Assembly: GCA_963704755.1 (NCBI GenBank)
Contig: OY969938.1
Span: 2,100,001 to 2,132,000 of the forward strand
Direction of reading: 5' to 3'
DNA from: an uncultured Chloroflexia bacterium
Lineage (GTDB): Bacteria; Chloroflexota; Anaerolineae; Anaerolineales; Anaerolineaceae
Length of the DNA: 32,000 nucleotides
The notes under the pieces are model-generated. The model saw only the letters and a list, made by a program, of their open reading frames with translations. It had not been told where the DNA came from and searched no databases. Below, piece after piece: positions 15,369 to 24,109 of the stretch. Both the position numbers and the translations under genes were made by a program. The first letter of the stretch is position 1. Each line of letters opens with the position of its first letter.

Positions 15369-17132
15369 ATGAAAGATTTACGTAAATTATTTCACTTCAT
15401 CAAGCCTTACTGGTTGTTTTCTGTCCTCTCCCTGCTGCTCCTGGTGGGTGTGGCGGTATTGGACCTATCCATACCCCGGCTGATCGAGCGTATCATCGAC
15501 CAGGGCATCAACCAGCAGAATCAAGCCCTGGTTATACATACCTCGTTGATCATGCTGGGCATTTCAGTTCTGGACACGATTTTCGCGGTAGGCAATAACA
15601 TTTATTCGGTGCGCGTCGGCGAAAGCGTCGCCCGCGACCTGCGCGAGGCCATTTTCCTCAAAATCCAATCCTTTTCCTATGGCGACCTGGACCGCTTTAC
15701 CACCGGCAAGTTGATGGTGCGCCTGAGCAGCGATGCCGCCGCCTTCCAACGGCTGGTGCAGATTACACTGCGCATCGGTACCCGCGGTCCTTTGATGATG
15801 ATCGGCAGCCTCATCCTGATGGTCAACACCGATAGTCACCTGGCGCTCATCCTCACCCCCCTGCTGGTCGTTACCGCGGCCGTGATTATCGTCTTCAGCA
15901 CCAAAATGGAGCCGATGTTCCGCATCGTCCAACAAAAATTGGACCGTCTGAACACCGTCCTGCAAGAAAACGTTTCCGGCGTGCGTGTCATCAAAGCTTT
16001 CGTCCGCGGAGATCACGAAAGCCAGCGCTTCGAGGTCGCCAACGAGGAACTTACCCGCAATACCACCCAGGTCATGAAATTTATGTCCAGCATGTCCCCG
16101 GCGCTGACGATCTTCGTCAACATTGGTGTCGTCATCGTCATCTGGGTAGGCGGCTTACAATCCATCCAGGGCAATGTTTCCATCGGTCAAATCGTCGCCT
16201 TCAGCAATTACCTGCTCACCACCATGTCACCCCTGATCATGCTGACCAACCTGGCCAACGTCTGGGCCAACGGGATTGCCTCGGCCGCCCGCATCAACGA
16301 GGTCATGGATACCGAACCGGAAGTGGCCGCATCCGGGCACGAGCAGGTGCTGCCCCTGCCGGTACAGGGCAAAATCGAATTCAAAGACGTCATTTTCCAT
16401 TACAACGGCAGCAGTGACCAGACCGTGCTGGATGGGGTCAGCCTCAGCGCAGAGCCCGGCCAGACGATCGCTATTTTGGGCGCGACCGGCGCCGGCAAGA
16501 CCAGCCTGGTCAACCTGATCCCGCGCTTCTACGATGTCTCCGCCGGCCAGGTGAGCCTGGATGGCTACGACGTCCGCGACCTGCAAGAAGATTCGCTGCT
16601 CTCCCAGATCGCCATTGTGCCGCAGGAGACCATTCTTTTCACCGGCACCGTCCGCGAAAACATCCGCTATGGCCGGCCGAACGCCACGGACGAAGAAGTG
16701 GTTGCCGCGGCCAAAGCCGCCCAGGCTCACGACTTCATCATGGACCTGCCCATGCAATATGATTCTCACGTCGAGGAGCGCGGCGTCAACCTGTCCGGCG
16801 GTCAAAAACAGCGTATCGCCATTGCCCGTGCCCTCATCACCCATCCACGCATCCTCATCCTGGACGACAGCACCAGCGCGGTGGATGTCGAAACCGAGAC
16901 CTACATCCAGGACGCCTTGAATAACATGCTGCACGAGCACACCCGCTTCGTGGTGGCTCAGCGCATCAGTACCGTGCTGAACGCCGACAAGATCCTGGTG
17001 ATCGACAAGGGCCGTATCGTGGCCCAGGGAACGCACAGCGAGCTGCTTCAGTCCAGCCCAATCTACCAGGAGATCTACGATTCGCAGCTCGGCGCCGGCA
17101 TCCACGTGGACCAACTGGCCGGTGCGGATTAA
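15369..17132 (+). CDS. Heterodimeric ABC exporter subunit A (permease plus NBD contributing the degenerate ATP site)
   Basis: Walker A GATGAGKTS and signature LSGGQKQRIAIARA are present. Walker B is ILILDDSTSAVD (catalytic Glu replaced by Asp) and the H-loop is VVAQRIST (His replaced by Gln). Confidence 0.9.
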   Translation: MKDLRKLFHFIKPYWLFSVLSLLLLVGVAVLDLSIPRLIERIIDQGINQQNQALVIHTSLIMLGISVLDTIFAVGNNIYSVRVGESVARDLREAIFLKIQSFSYGDLDRFTTGKLMVRLSSDAAAFQRLVQITLRIGTRGPLMMIGSLILMVNTDSHLALILTPLLVVTAAVIIVFSTKMEPMFRIVQQKLDRLNTVLQENVSGVRVIKAFVRGDHESQRFEVANEELTRNTTQVMKFMSSMSPALTIFVNIGVVIVIWVGGLQSIQGNVSIGQIVAFSNYLLTTMSPLIMLTNLANVWANGIASAARINEVMDTEPEVAASGHEQVLPLPVQGKIEFKDVIFHYNGSSDQTVLDGVSLSAEPGQTIAILGATGAGKTSLVNLIPRFYDVSAGQVSLDGYDVRDLQEDSLLSQIAIVPQETILFTGTVRENIRYGRPNATDEEVVAAAKAAQAHDFIMDLPMQYDSHVEERGVNLSGGQKQRIAIARALITHPRILILDDSTSAVDVETETYIQDALNNMLHEHTRFVVAQRISTVLNADKILVIDKGRIVAQGTHSELLQSSPIYQEIYDSQLGAGIHVDQLAGAD

Positions 17133-17147
17133 AGGAGATACGATACC

Positions 17148-18980
17148 ATGAATAATTCATCTCCTACCCATACCACCAGCGACCTGCGCGCCCGCATGCA
17201 AAGCCGCGGCCCACGCAGCCTGGGCCGGATCGAAAAAGCCCAGGATCCCCGCAAAGCCTTAAGCCGCCTGCTGCCTTATCTTAAGCCCTATAAGGTTTCG
17301 CTCCTGATCGTAATGGGCTGCGTCATTATCTATACTTTGCTGGACTTGACCGGCCCTTACCTGATGGGCGTAGCTATAGACCGTTTCATCACCGGAAAAG
17401 ACCCCGCCGGCCTGGCCCGCATCGCGCTGCTGATGCTGGTGGTGTATCTCTTCGATAACGGCTTCCAGGCGGTTGCCAACTGGATCATGGCCGAGGTTTC
17501 ACAGCGGGCCTTGAAACAGGTACGCGCTGACCTTTTCGGCCACCTGCAATCGCTTTCGATCGGCTTCTTCGACAAAAATCCGCCCGGTGAGTTGATGAGC
17601 CGCCTGACCAACGACATCGACGCCATCAACCAGGCCGTTTCGCAGAACGTAACCTCGCTTCTGGCCGGTGTCCTCTCGTTGATCGGCATCCTGGCCGCCA
17701 TGTTCCTGTTGAACCCCTGGCTGGCCTTGACCACCCTGGTGGTAGTCCCCATCACCGTCTGGTTCACCGAGTTCGTAGCCAAATATACCCGTAAGGGCTT
17801 TCGCACTTTGCAGAAGAACCTGGGCGACATGAACGCCGTGATGGAAGAGGCTATTGCCGGCGAAAAAGTGGTCAAGGCCTTCCGCCGCAACGATTCGGTC
17901 ATCGCGGCCTTCCGCGAAAAGAACCAGGCCGTGTTCAAGGCCGGAGTGTACGCCAATTCCTACGCGCTGCTGTTGATGCCGCTGACCAACGTGATCGGTA
18001 ATTTCTTCGTAATCGTGCTGGCCGGCCTGGGCGGCTGGCTGGCCCTGCAAGGCCTGGCCAGTGTCGGCACCATCGCTACTTTCATCAACTATGGCCGCAA
18101 TTTCATGCAGCCTGTGCGCCAGTTAGCCAACCTGTATAACGCCATCCAGGCCGCCCTGGCCGGAGCCGAGCGGGTGTTCGAGATCATCGATACGCCTGTC
18201 GAGGTTCTTGACGTGGACCAACCCTTGTCCTTCGCGACGGTCAAGGGGGACGTGCAGTTCGACCACGTTAAATTCGGGTACTCACCCGACGTGCCGATCA
18301 TCAAAGAAATGACCCTGGAAGCCAAAGCCGGGCAAACCATCGCCCTGGTCGGCCCAACCGGGGCCGGCAAGACCACCATCATCAACCTGCTCGACCGCTT
18401 CTACGAAATCCAATCCGGGGCAATCCGTATCGACGGCAAAGATATCCGCCAGGTGCCCAAGGCCGACCTGCGCCGCAAGCTGGGCCTGGTGCTGCAAGAC
18501 ACCTTCCTGTTCTCCGACACCGTCATGGAAAACATCCGTTTCGGCCGCCTGAACGCCAGCGACGAGGAGTGTATCCACGCGGCCGAGCTGGCCGATGCGG
18601 ACCATTTCATCCGCCTGCTTCCCCAGGGTTACCAGACCCTGCTCTCCGAACGGGCCAGTAACCTCAGCCAGGGCCAGCGCCAGTTGCTGGCCATCACCCG
18701 CGCCATACTGGCCGACCCGGCCATCCTGATCCTGGACGAGGCCACCAGCAGCGTCGATACGCGCACCGAAGCGCGCATCCAGAAGTCCCTGCTGCGCCTG
18801 ATGGAAGGCCGCACCAGCTTCGTCATTGCCCACCGCCTGAGCACCATCCGCGACGCCGATAACGTGGTGGTCATCGACCATGGCCAGATCGTCGAACAGG
18901 GCACCCACCAGGAGCTGCTCGACAAAAAGGGGTTCTATCACCACCTGTACCTCAGCCAGTTCAAAGGCCAGGCAATTTAA
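17148..18980 (+). CDS. Heterodimeric ABC exporter subunit B (permease plus NBD with canonical catalytic residues, degenerate signature)
   Basis: Walker A GPTGAGKTT, Walker B ILILDEATSSVD and H-loop VIAHRLST are canonical. The signature is LSQGQRQLLAITRA instead of LSGGQ. SD aggag precedes the start, 15 nt after the stop of subunit A. Confidence 0.9.
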   Translation: MNNSSPTHTTSDLRARMQSRGPRSLGRIEKAQDPRKALSRLLPYLKPYKVSLLIVMGCVIIYTLLDLTGPYLMGVAIDRFITGKDPAGLARIALLMLVVYLFDNGFQAVANWIMAEVSQRALKQVRADLFGHLQSLSIGFFDKNPPGELMSRLTNDIDAINQAVSQNVTSLLAGVLSLIGILAAMFLLNPWLALTTLVVVPITVWFTEFVAKYTRKGFRTLQKNLGDMNAVMEEAIAGEKVVKAFRRNDSVIAAFREKNQAVFKAGVYANSYALLLMPLTNVIGNFFVIVLAGLGGWLALQGLASVGTIATFINYGRNFMQPVRQLANLYNAIQAALAGAERVFEIIDTPVEVLDVDQPLSFATVKGDVQFDHVKFGYSPDVPIIKEMTLEAKAGQTIALVGPTGAGKTTIINLLDRFYEIQSGAIRIDGKDIRQVPKADLRRKLGLVLQDTFLFSDTVMENIRFGRLNASDEECIHAAELADADHFIRLLPQGYQTLLSERASNLSQGQRQLLAITRAILADPAILILDEATSSVDTRTEARIQKSLLRLMEGRTSFVIAHRLSTIRDADNVVVIDHGQIVEQGTHQELLDKKGFYHHLYLSQFKGQAI

Positions 18981-18987
18981 AAAAACA

Positions 18988-19030
18988 GGAGTTTTGTGTT
19001 TGCGCGCTTTGCATGCAAACACAAAACTCC
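18988..19030. terminator. Perfect 16-bp-stem hairpin after the ABC operon
   Basis: ggagttttgtgtttgc (18988-19003), 11-nt loop, gcaaacacaaaactcc (19015-19030). The A-run is on the 5' side, so the U-tract would be on the minus-strand transcript, although both neighbouring genes are on the plus strand. Confidence 0.5.
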
Positions 19031-19152
19031 CCTCTTCGCCGGGAAACTGAGCCATGGCCATTCTAATTTTTTAATCGAGAAACGCTATACTTATACCGGC
19101 CTTGCAAATTCTGGCCGGCAAAGCCCGCAGACTCAGCCCAGGTGAAACGATC

Positions 19153-20328
19153 ATGACCGAAACCCAACCCACCCCGAAACGCGCTTCCCGTGCCTGGTTA
19201 TGGATCCTGCCGGTGTTGCTCTTCCTGTCCGTCTGGCTGCGCGTCATCTCTCTGCCGGCCACCAACGCGGACCTGCGCGCCTTTTTGCTGCCCTGGTATC
19301 ACTACATCGTCCGCGGCGGCGGGTTCCGTGCCCTGGGGGATTCCTTCTCCAACTACAACGCGCCTTACCTGTACCTGCTGTGGGTGGCCACGTTATTCAA
19401 ATCTATCCCGGCAGAGACCGCCATCAAGCTGATCTCGATCCTTTCCGACCTGGTCTCTGCTTACCTGGTCTTACAAATCCTGCGGCGGGTGACTCACTCG
19501 CCCAAAATCTACTGGCTGGGCTTTTTTTTGCTGCTAGTCGCACCGGTTGTGTGGATCGATTCGGCCTGCTGGGGCCAGTGCGACGGCATCTACACCGCCG
19601 CTTTGCTGGCCTGCCTGTTGGCTCTGCTGGACCAACGCCCTAACCTGGCCATGGTCTGGTTTGGCGTTGCGTTCAGTTTCAAGTTCCAGGCCATCTTTTT
19701 CGCCCCGCTGCTGCTGGTGCTGATCCTCCGGCGCAAGATCCCCTGGCGCGCAATCGGGCTGGTATTGCTGGTCTATTTGCTCATGGACCTGCCCGCCTTC
19801 ATCGCCGGACAGCCCTGGAGCAGCCTGCTGACCATCTATCTCAACCAGGCCGACCAGTACCACTTCCTGTCCATGAATGCGCCTAACTTTTACGCTTTCC
19901 TTTCCAATAACCTGTACGGCCTGTTGCAATGGCCAGCCATCTTGTTTGCCGGGCTAGTCCTGCTTGGGTTCGTCATCCTGGCCGCGCGCAGCAAAGCCGC
20001 CATCACCCCGCACTGGCTGATGGTAGGCGCCGCCTTCTACCTTTTTATGGCGCCTTTCCTGCTGCCCAAAATGCACGAGCGTTATTTTTACCCGGCGGCG
20101 GTCTTCCTCATCCCGCTCATGCTGGCCGATTTCAATTACATCCCGGCAGCCATCCTGCTGGAAATCAGTTCGGTCCTTTCCTATACCATCTTCCTTTTTC
20201 ACACGTCCTACACCAATCTCTTCATCGCCACCCTGGTCAACTTTATCCCCCTGATCTTCCTGACCTGGGCCTATGTCCGCGAGCTGTACCCGCCTAAAAG
20301 AAGAGAATTCCAGGTTCAAGCGCCATAA
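19153..20328 (+). CDS. GT-C-fold membrane mannosyltransferase-like protein (Gpi18/PIG-V-like or GT87-like)
   Basis: About 11 TM segments with an early loop LPWYHYIVRGGGFRALGDSFSNYNAPYLYLL and WGQCDGIYTAALL. I chose the ATG at 19153 (MTETQPTPKR) over the track start at 19102. The family assignment comes from recalled motifs only. Confidence 0.55.
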   Translation: MTETQPTPKRASRAWLWILPVLLFLSVWLRVISLPATNADLRAFLLPWYHYIVRGGGFRALGDSFSNYNAPYLYLLWVATLFKSIPAETAIKLISILSDLVSAYLVLQILRRVTHSPKIYWLGFFLLLVAPVVWIDSACWGQCDGIYTAALLACLLALLDQRPNLAMVWFGVAFSFKFQAIFFAPLLLVLILRRKIPWRAIGLVLLVYLLMDLPAFIAGQPWSSLLTIYLNQADQYHFLSMNAPNFYAFLSNNLYGLLQWPAILFAGLVLLGFVILAARSKAAITPHWLMVGAAFYLFMAPFLLPKMHERYFYPAAVFLIPLMLADFNYIPAAILLEISSVLSYTIFLFHTSYTNLFIATLVNFIPLIFLTWAYVRELYPPKRREFQVQAP

Positions 20329-20362
20329 CATCCTCGCTAAAGGGGATGTCATTGAGAAAGCA

Positions 20363-22086
20363 GTATCGTAGCCCGGTATCGTAGCCCGGCTTTCAAAGCC
20401 GGGGGGGGCGAGCGCCGGCGTAGGTCGGGTTTCGGGCTAATAACCCGTTTCCGCGGTCGAGGATATCGTTTTGTTCACCTACCCGTTGCCCGCAACCCGA
20501 CGTCGCAACGCGTATTTTCCAAACTGCCGGTTAGATAGGCGCACGGGCGATGCGGCCGGAACCATTACCCATTGACAAATCCAAACATACCGACCGGCTG
20601 CATCGCCCCTACAACCGACCAGATCAAAACGCGGGTCCCGACCGAAAAAATACACCCCGCGCCTTTCCCCACTTCCCCCGGCGAGCATAACTTAACGCCT
20701 TCCCCCTCCGCGAAGCGTGGTGAAGGCCGGGATGAGGGTAGATACCGGCCAAACCGAAGGACTCTTATGTAGGGTGCGTTGGCAACGCACCACTGAGCCT
20801 GGCGAAAGCAAACAATGGGTAGCCATACCCGTTTGGCTGCAATTCCTCTCCAACCCGCAATCCAATATCACCAAGCGTTTTGGTGCGTTAGCAACGCACC
20901 CTACATGCTGTACCCGCCTAAAGCCAGAGAAAACCTGCTGGCGGAGTGAAGTAGCCCGGTATCGTAGCCCGGCTTTCAAAGTAGCCCGGCTTTCAAAGCC
21001 GGGGGGGGCCGAGCGCCGGCGTAGGTCGGGTTTCGGGTAAATAACCCGTCTCCGCGGTCGAGGTTATCGTTTTGTCCACCTACCCGTTGCCCGAAACCCG
21101 ACGTCGCAACGGGTATTTTCCAAACCGCCGGTTAGATAAGCGCCCGGGCGATGCGGCCGGAACTATTACCCATTGACAAATCCAAACATACCGACCGGCT
21201 GCATCACCCCTACAACCGACCAGATCAAAACGCGGATCCCGACCAAAAAAAAACACCCCGCGCCTTTCCCCACTTCCCCGGCGAGCAGAACTTAACGCCT
21301 TCCCCCTCCGCGAAGCGTGGTGCAGGCCGGGATGAGGGTCAACGCCGGCCAAACCGAAGGACTTTATGTAGGGTGCGTTGGCAACGCACCACTGAGCCTG
21401 GCGAAAGCAAACAATGGGTAGCCATACCCGTTGGCCGCAATTCCTCTCCAACCCGCAATCCAATATCACCAAGCGTTTTGGTGCGTTGCCAACGCACCCT
21501 ACATGCTGTACCCGCCTAAAGCCAGAGAAAACCTGCTGGCGGAGTGAAGTAGCCCGGTATCGTAGCCCGGCTTTCAAAGCCGGGGGGGCCGAGCGCCGGC
21601 GTAGGTCGGGTTTCGGGCAAATAACCCGTCTCCGCGGTCGAAGTTATCGTTTTGTCCACCTACCCGTTGCCCGCAACCCGACGTCGCAACGCGTATTTTC
21701 CAAACTGCCGGTTAGATAAGCGCACGGGCGATGCGGCCGGAACTATTACCCATTGACAAATCCAAACATACCGACCGGCTGCATCGCCCCTACAACCGAC
21801 CAGATCAAAACGCGGGTCCCGACCAAAAAAAACACCCCGCGCCTTTCCCCACTTCCCCGGCGAGCAGAACTTAACGCCTTCCCCCTCCGCGAAGCGTAGT
21901 GCAGGCCGGGATGAGGGTCAACGCCGGCCAAACCGAAGGACTCTTATGTAGGGTGCGTTGGCAACGCACCACTGAGCCTGGCGAAAGCAAACAATGGGTA
22001 GCCATACCCGTTTGGCCGCAATTCCTCTCCAACCCGCAATCCAATATCACCAAGCGTTTTGGTGCGTTAGCAACGCACCCTACATG
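20363..22086. repeat. Triple head-to-tail tandem repeat of a non-coding approx 540-555-nt module joined by two 43-nt linkers
   Basis: Copies lie at 20363-20907, 20951-21505 and 21549-22086. The linker ctgtacccgcctaaagccagagaaaacctgctggcggagtgaa occurs only between copies (20908-20950, 21506-21548). By-eye alignment gives roughly 14-16 differences per pair. Copy 2 has a 17-nt internal duplication (gtagcccggctttcaaa). Confidence 0.95.
20768..20905. repeat. 138-nt TIR sub-element inside tandem copy 1 (equivalents at 21367-21503 and 21947-22084)
   Basis: tgtagggtgcgttggcaacgcacc (20768-20791) versus ggtgcgttagcaacgcaccctaca (20882-20905). Each end is itself a hairpin (ggtgcgt/acgcacc). In copy 2 the two ends are perfect 24-nt reverse complements. 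Confidence 0.8.
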
Positions 22087-22264
22087 AAAACATATTCCGG
22101 GCTTCGGAACCAGGGTGTAAAATAAAGAGCCTTTATTACCCAAACGAATTTCTTACCCCGAGTAATAACGCGCATTGACGAATCTTTCCTAGGAAAAATT
22201 ATTGCGATGAAGCCAATCAACAACTCAGGCAGGTTGCGCTGGTTCAACACCGCAGCTTTTTCTG

Positions 22265-24109
22265 GTGATCGCCCTGGGAGCCGCGGCTGCCCTGGTGGGG
22301 CTGCTGCGACTGCCTTCTGAAAATGTCCGCGCCGCCTGGCTGGGGTATTCCAGCTCGCGCCTGGCGGTGGCAGCGCTCACCGGCCTGCTCGTGCTCGTGT
22401 TTGCATTTTGCACCCTGGCCGAAGGAGCCCAGCTTCCCTTCTGGATAAAGCTCTCTGCCAAAGCCCGCGCGGTCTTCTCCCGCCAGGGCAATATCTACTG
22501 GCTGGCCGTTCCCGGCCTGACCATCCTGCTGGTAGACACCCTGCTGCTGGTCGCCGCCCTCTCGCCCCTGGCCCAGGCTGAGCCGCTGCTGGCTTCCTTG
22601 CTACAGCGGATGGGTCTGCTATGGGCCTGGATCGACCTGGCCGTTCTACTGCTGGGCTGGATGGCCTTGCGCAATTTCAAACCCTCCGGCCCCGAGCCGG
22701 TCTTTACCCCCCTGCGTTGGGCGCTGCTGGCCCTGGTCATTTCACTGACCTTCGGCGTGCTGATCCACGCTTTCAACCTGCTGGCCGGCTCCAACCGTTT
22801 CCGCCAGCTGGAATATTACCTGCAAGCCCCGGCCCTGATCGGCCTGGCCCTGGCTTTGCTGCAGCGCTATTTCAGCGGGCGGGCCTGGTATGGGTGGGTT
22901 AGCAAAACCCTCAGCCTGGCCCTGGTCGCGGCCGCTGCGGTGGTTCTGTTCGTCGCCACCGCCAAATTGGTGGGCTGGTACGGCACGCCGGCCAAGGTGT
23001 ACTGGAACCTGCTGGCGGACGCCTTTTTGAAAGGCCGCCTGTACCTGGTCGACCCGCCCACCACCCACGACCTGACCCTCTACAACGGCAACTGGTACGT
23101 GCCTAACCCGCCTCTGCCGGCCCTGGCCGTGCTGCCCCTGGTCGCCGTGCTCGGCGTGCAGGGGGTCAACATGGTCTGGTTCTCCATCCTTATTGCCGCG
23201 GCCATTGTGGCCCTGGTATTCTGGATCCTGCAGGATGCTTCCGCACAAGGTCTGATCCCCACCGGCCTGCGCTCCAACCTGTGGCTGACGGTGATGTTCG
23301 CCCTGGGCACCGACTACTGGTGGCTGTCTTTCCTGGGGCAGATGTGGTTCCTCAGCCAGCTTTTGACCTTGCTTTGTGCGGCCCTGGCCGTGCTGTTTGT
23401 GATCAAAAAAGCCTCGCCCTGGTGGGCCGGCCTGTGGCTGGGACTGGCGCTGCTTTCCCGCCCGAACATCTTCACCCTCTGGCCGCTGCTGGCCGGGTTA
23501 TACCTCTACCTCGATCATCGGGGACATCCCACCTTCGATTGGAAGCGGGCTCTCGGCTGGGCAATTCAGTCCGCCGTCCCGGTTGTGTTAGCTGCCGCCA
23601 TCCTGCTGGTGTATAACTACGTCCGTTTTGGCAATTTCATGGATTTCGGCTACACCACCATCAACGGCGCGGCCGAAATTGTGACCAACGTGCAGACCTA
23701 CGGCATCTTCAACATCCACTTTGTGCCCATCAACCTGAAAGTGATGTTCCTCGACTTTCCTCGATTCGCGCTCGAAAACGGCTGCCACGTCTTGAATACC
23801 GACGGGTTCAGCATGCTGGTGATGACGCCGGCCCTGCTGTACGTCTTCCGCCGCTTCCGCTGGAACGCCTGGACGATCGGAGCCTGGATTTCGATCATCC
23901 TCTCCATCGGCCTGCTGGCCTTCTACCACAACACCGGCTCGGCCCAGGTTGGTTTTCGCTACCTAATGGATTTCATCCTGCCCGTGCTGCTGCTGATGGG
24001 CATTGGGCTGGGCAAAAAGCCGGAGTGGCCCTTCAAAGCCCTGGTCCTGCTCGGCATCGCCGGCAACTTCGTGGGGATCCTGCTCTGGTTCCGGCTGCTT
24101 TGTTATTGA
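22265..24109 (+). CDS. GT-C-fold membrane glycosyltransferase (ArnT/PMT, GT39-like) with long N-terminal membrane extension
   Basis: 614 aa, with more than 14 TM segments. Central loop: DAFLKGRLYLVDPPTTHDLTLYNGNWYVPNPPLPALAVLPL. GTG start at 22265, so the start is uncertain. The 3' end overlaps the convergent cytochrome c gene by 7 nt. Confidence 0.55.
   Translation: MIALGAAAALVGLLRLPSENVRAAWLGYSSSRLAVAALTGLLVLVFAFCTLAEGAQLPFWIKLSAKARAVFSRQGNIYWLAVPGLTILLVDTLLLVAALSPLAQAEPLLASLLQRMGLLWAWIDLAVLLLGWMALRNFKPSGPEPVFTPLRWALLALVISLTFGVLIHAFNLLAGSNRFRQLEYYLQAPALIGLALALLQRYFSGRAWYGWVSKTLSLALVAAAAVVLFVATAKLVGWYGTPAKVYWNLLADAFLKGRLYLVDPPTTHDLTLYNGNWYVPNPPLPALAVLPLVAVLGVQGVNMVWFSILIAAAIVALVFWILQDASAQGLIPTGLRSNLWLTVMFALGTDYWWLSFLGQMWFLSQLLTLLCAALAVLFVIKKASPWWAGLWLGLALLSRPNIFTLWPLLAGLYLYLDHRGHPTFDWKRALGWAIQSAVPVVLAAAILLVYNYVRFGNFMDFGYTTINGAAEIVTNVQTYGIFNIHFVPINLKVMFLDFPRFALENGCHVLNTDGFSMLVMTPALLYVFRRFRWNAWTIGAWISIILSIGLLAFYHNTGSAQVGFRYLMDFILPVLLLMGIGLGKKPEWPFKALVLLGIAGNFVGILLWFRLLCY

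Noticed and set aside
16227-17114. Long antisense ORFs within ABC, ACIII and other genes (16227..17114, 18282..19061, 17357..17956, 11392..11964, 12248..12943, 26332..27006, 27361..27894, 6364..6942, 6389..6871, 10792..11283)
   Set aside because: Each lies opposite or out of frame to a CDS with strong family motifs. The translations are Arg/Gly/Pro/Ala-rich with no domains, which is the expected high-GC shadow-ORF pattern.
20780-20815. Hammerhead-like core (ctgag...gaaag) in each tandem unit, which would have suggested a ribozyme-bearing or retrozyme-like repeat
   Set aside because: The sequence is CUGAGCC rather than CUGANGA. The intervening segment cannot form stem II, and no cleavage-site helix could be drawn by eye. 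A proper covariance-model scan is still worthwhile.
20479-22143. ORFs inside the tandem repeat (for example 20692..20979 -, 21080..21577 -, 21871..22143 -, 20717..21040 +, 21151..21519 +)
   Set aside because: Single-nucleotide indels between copies shift every frame, so ORF lengths and boundaries differ from copy to copy (95, 165 and 90 aa on the minus strand). The translations are palindrome-derived and have no recognisable domain.
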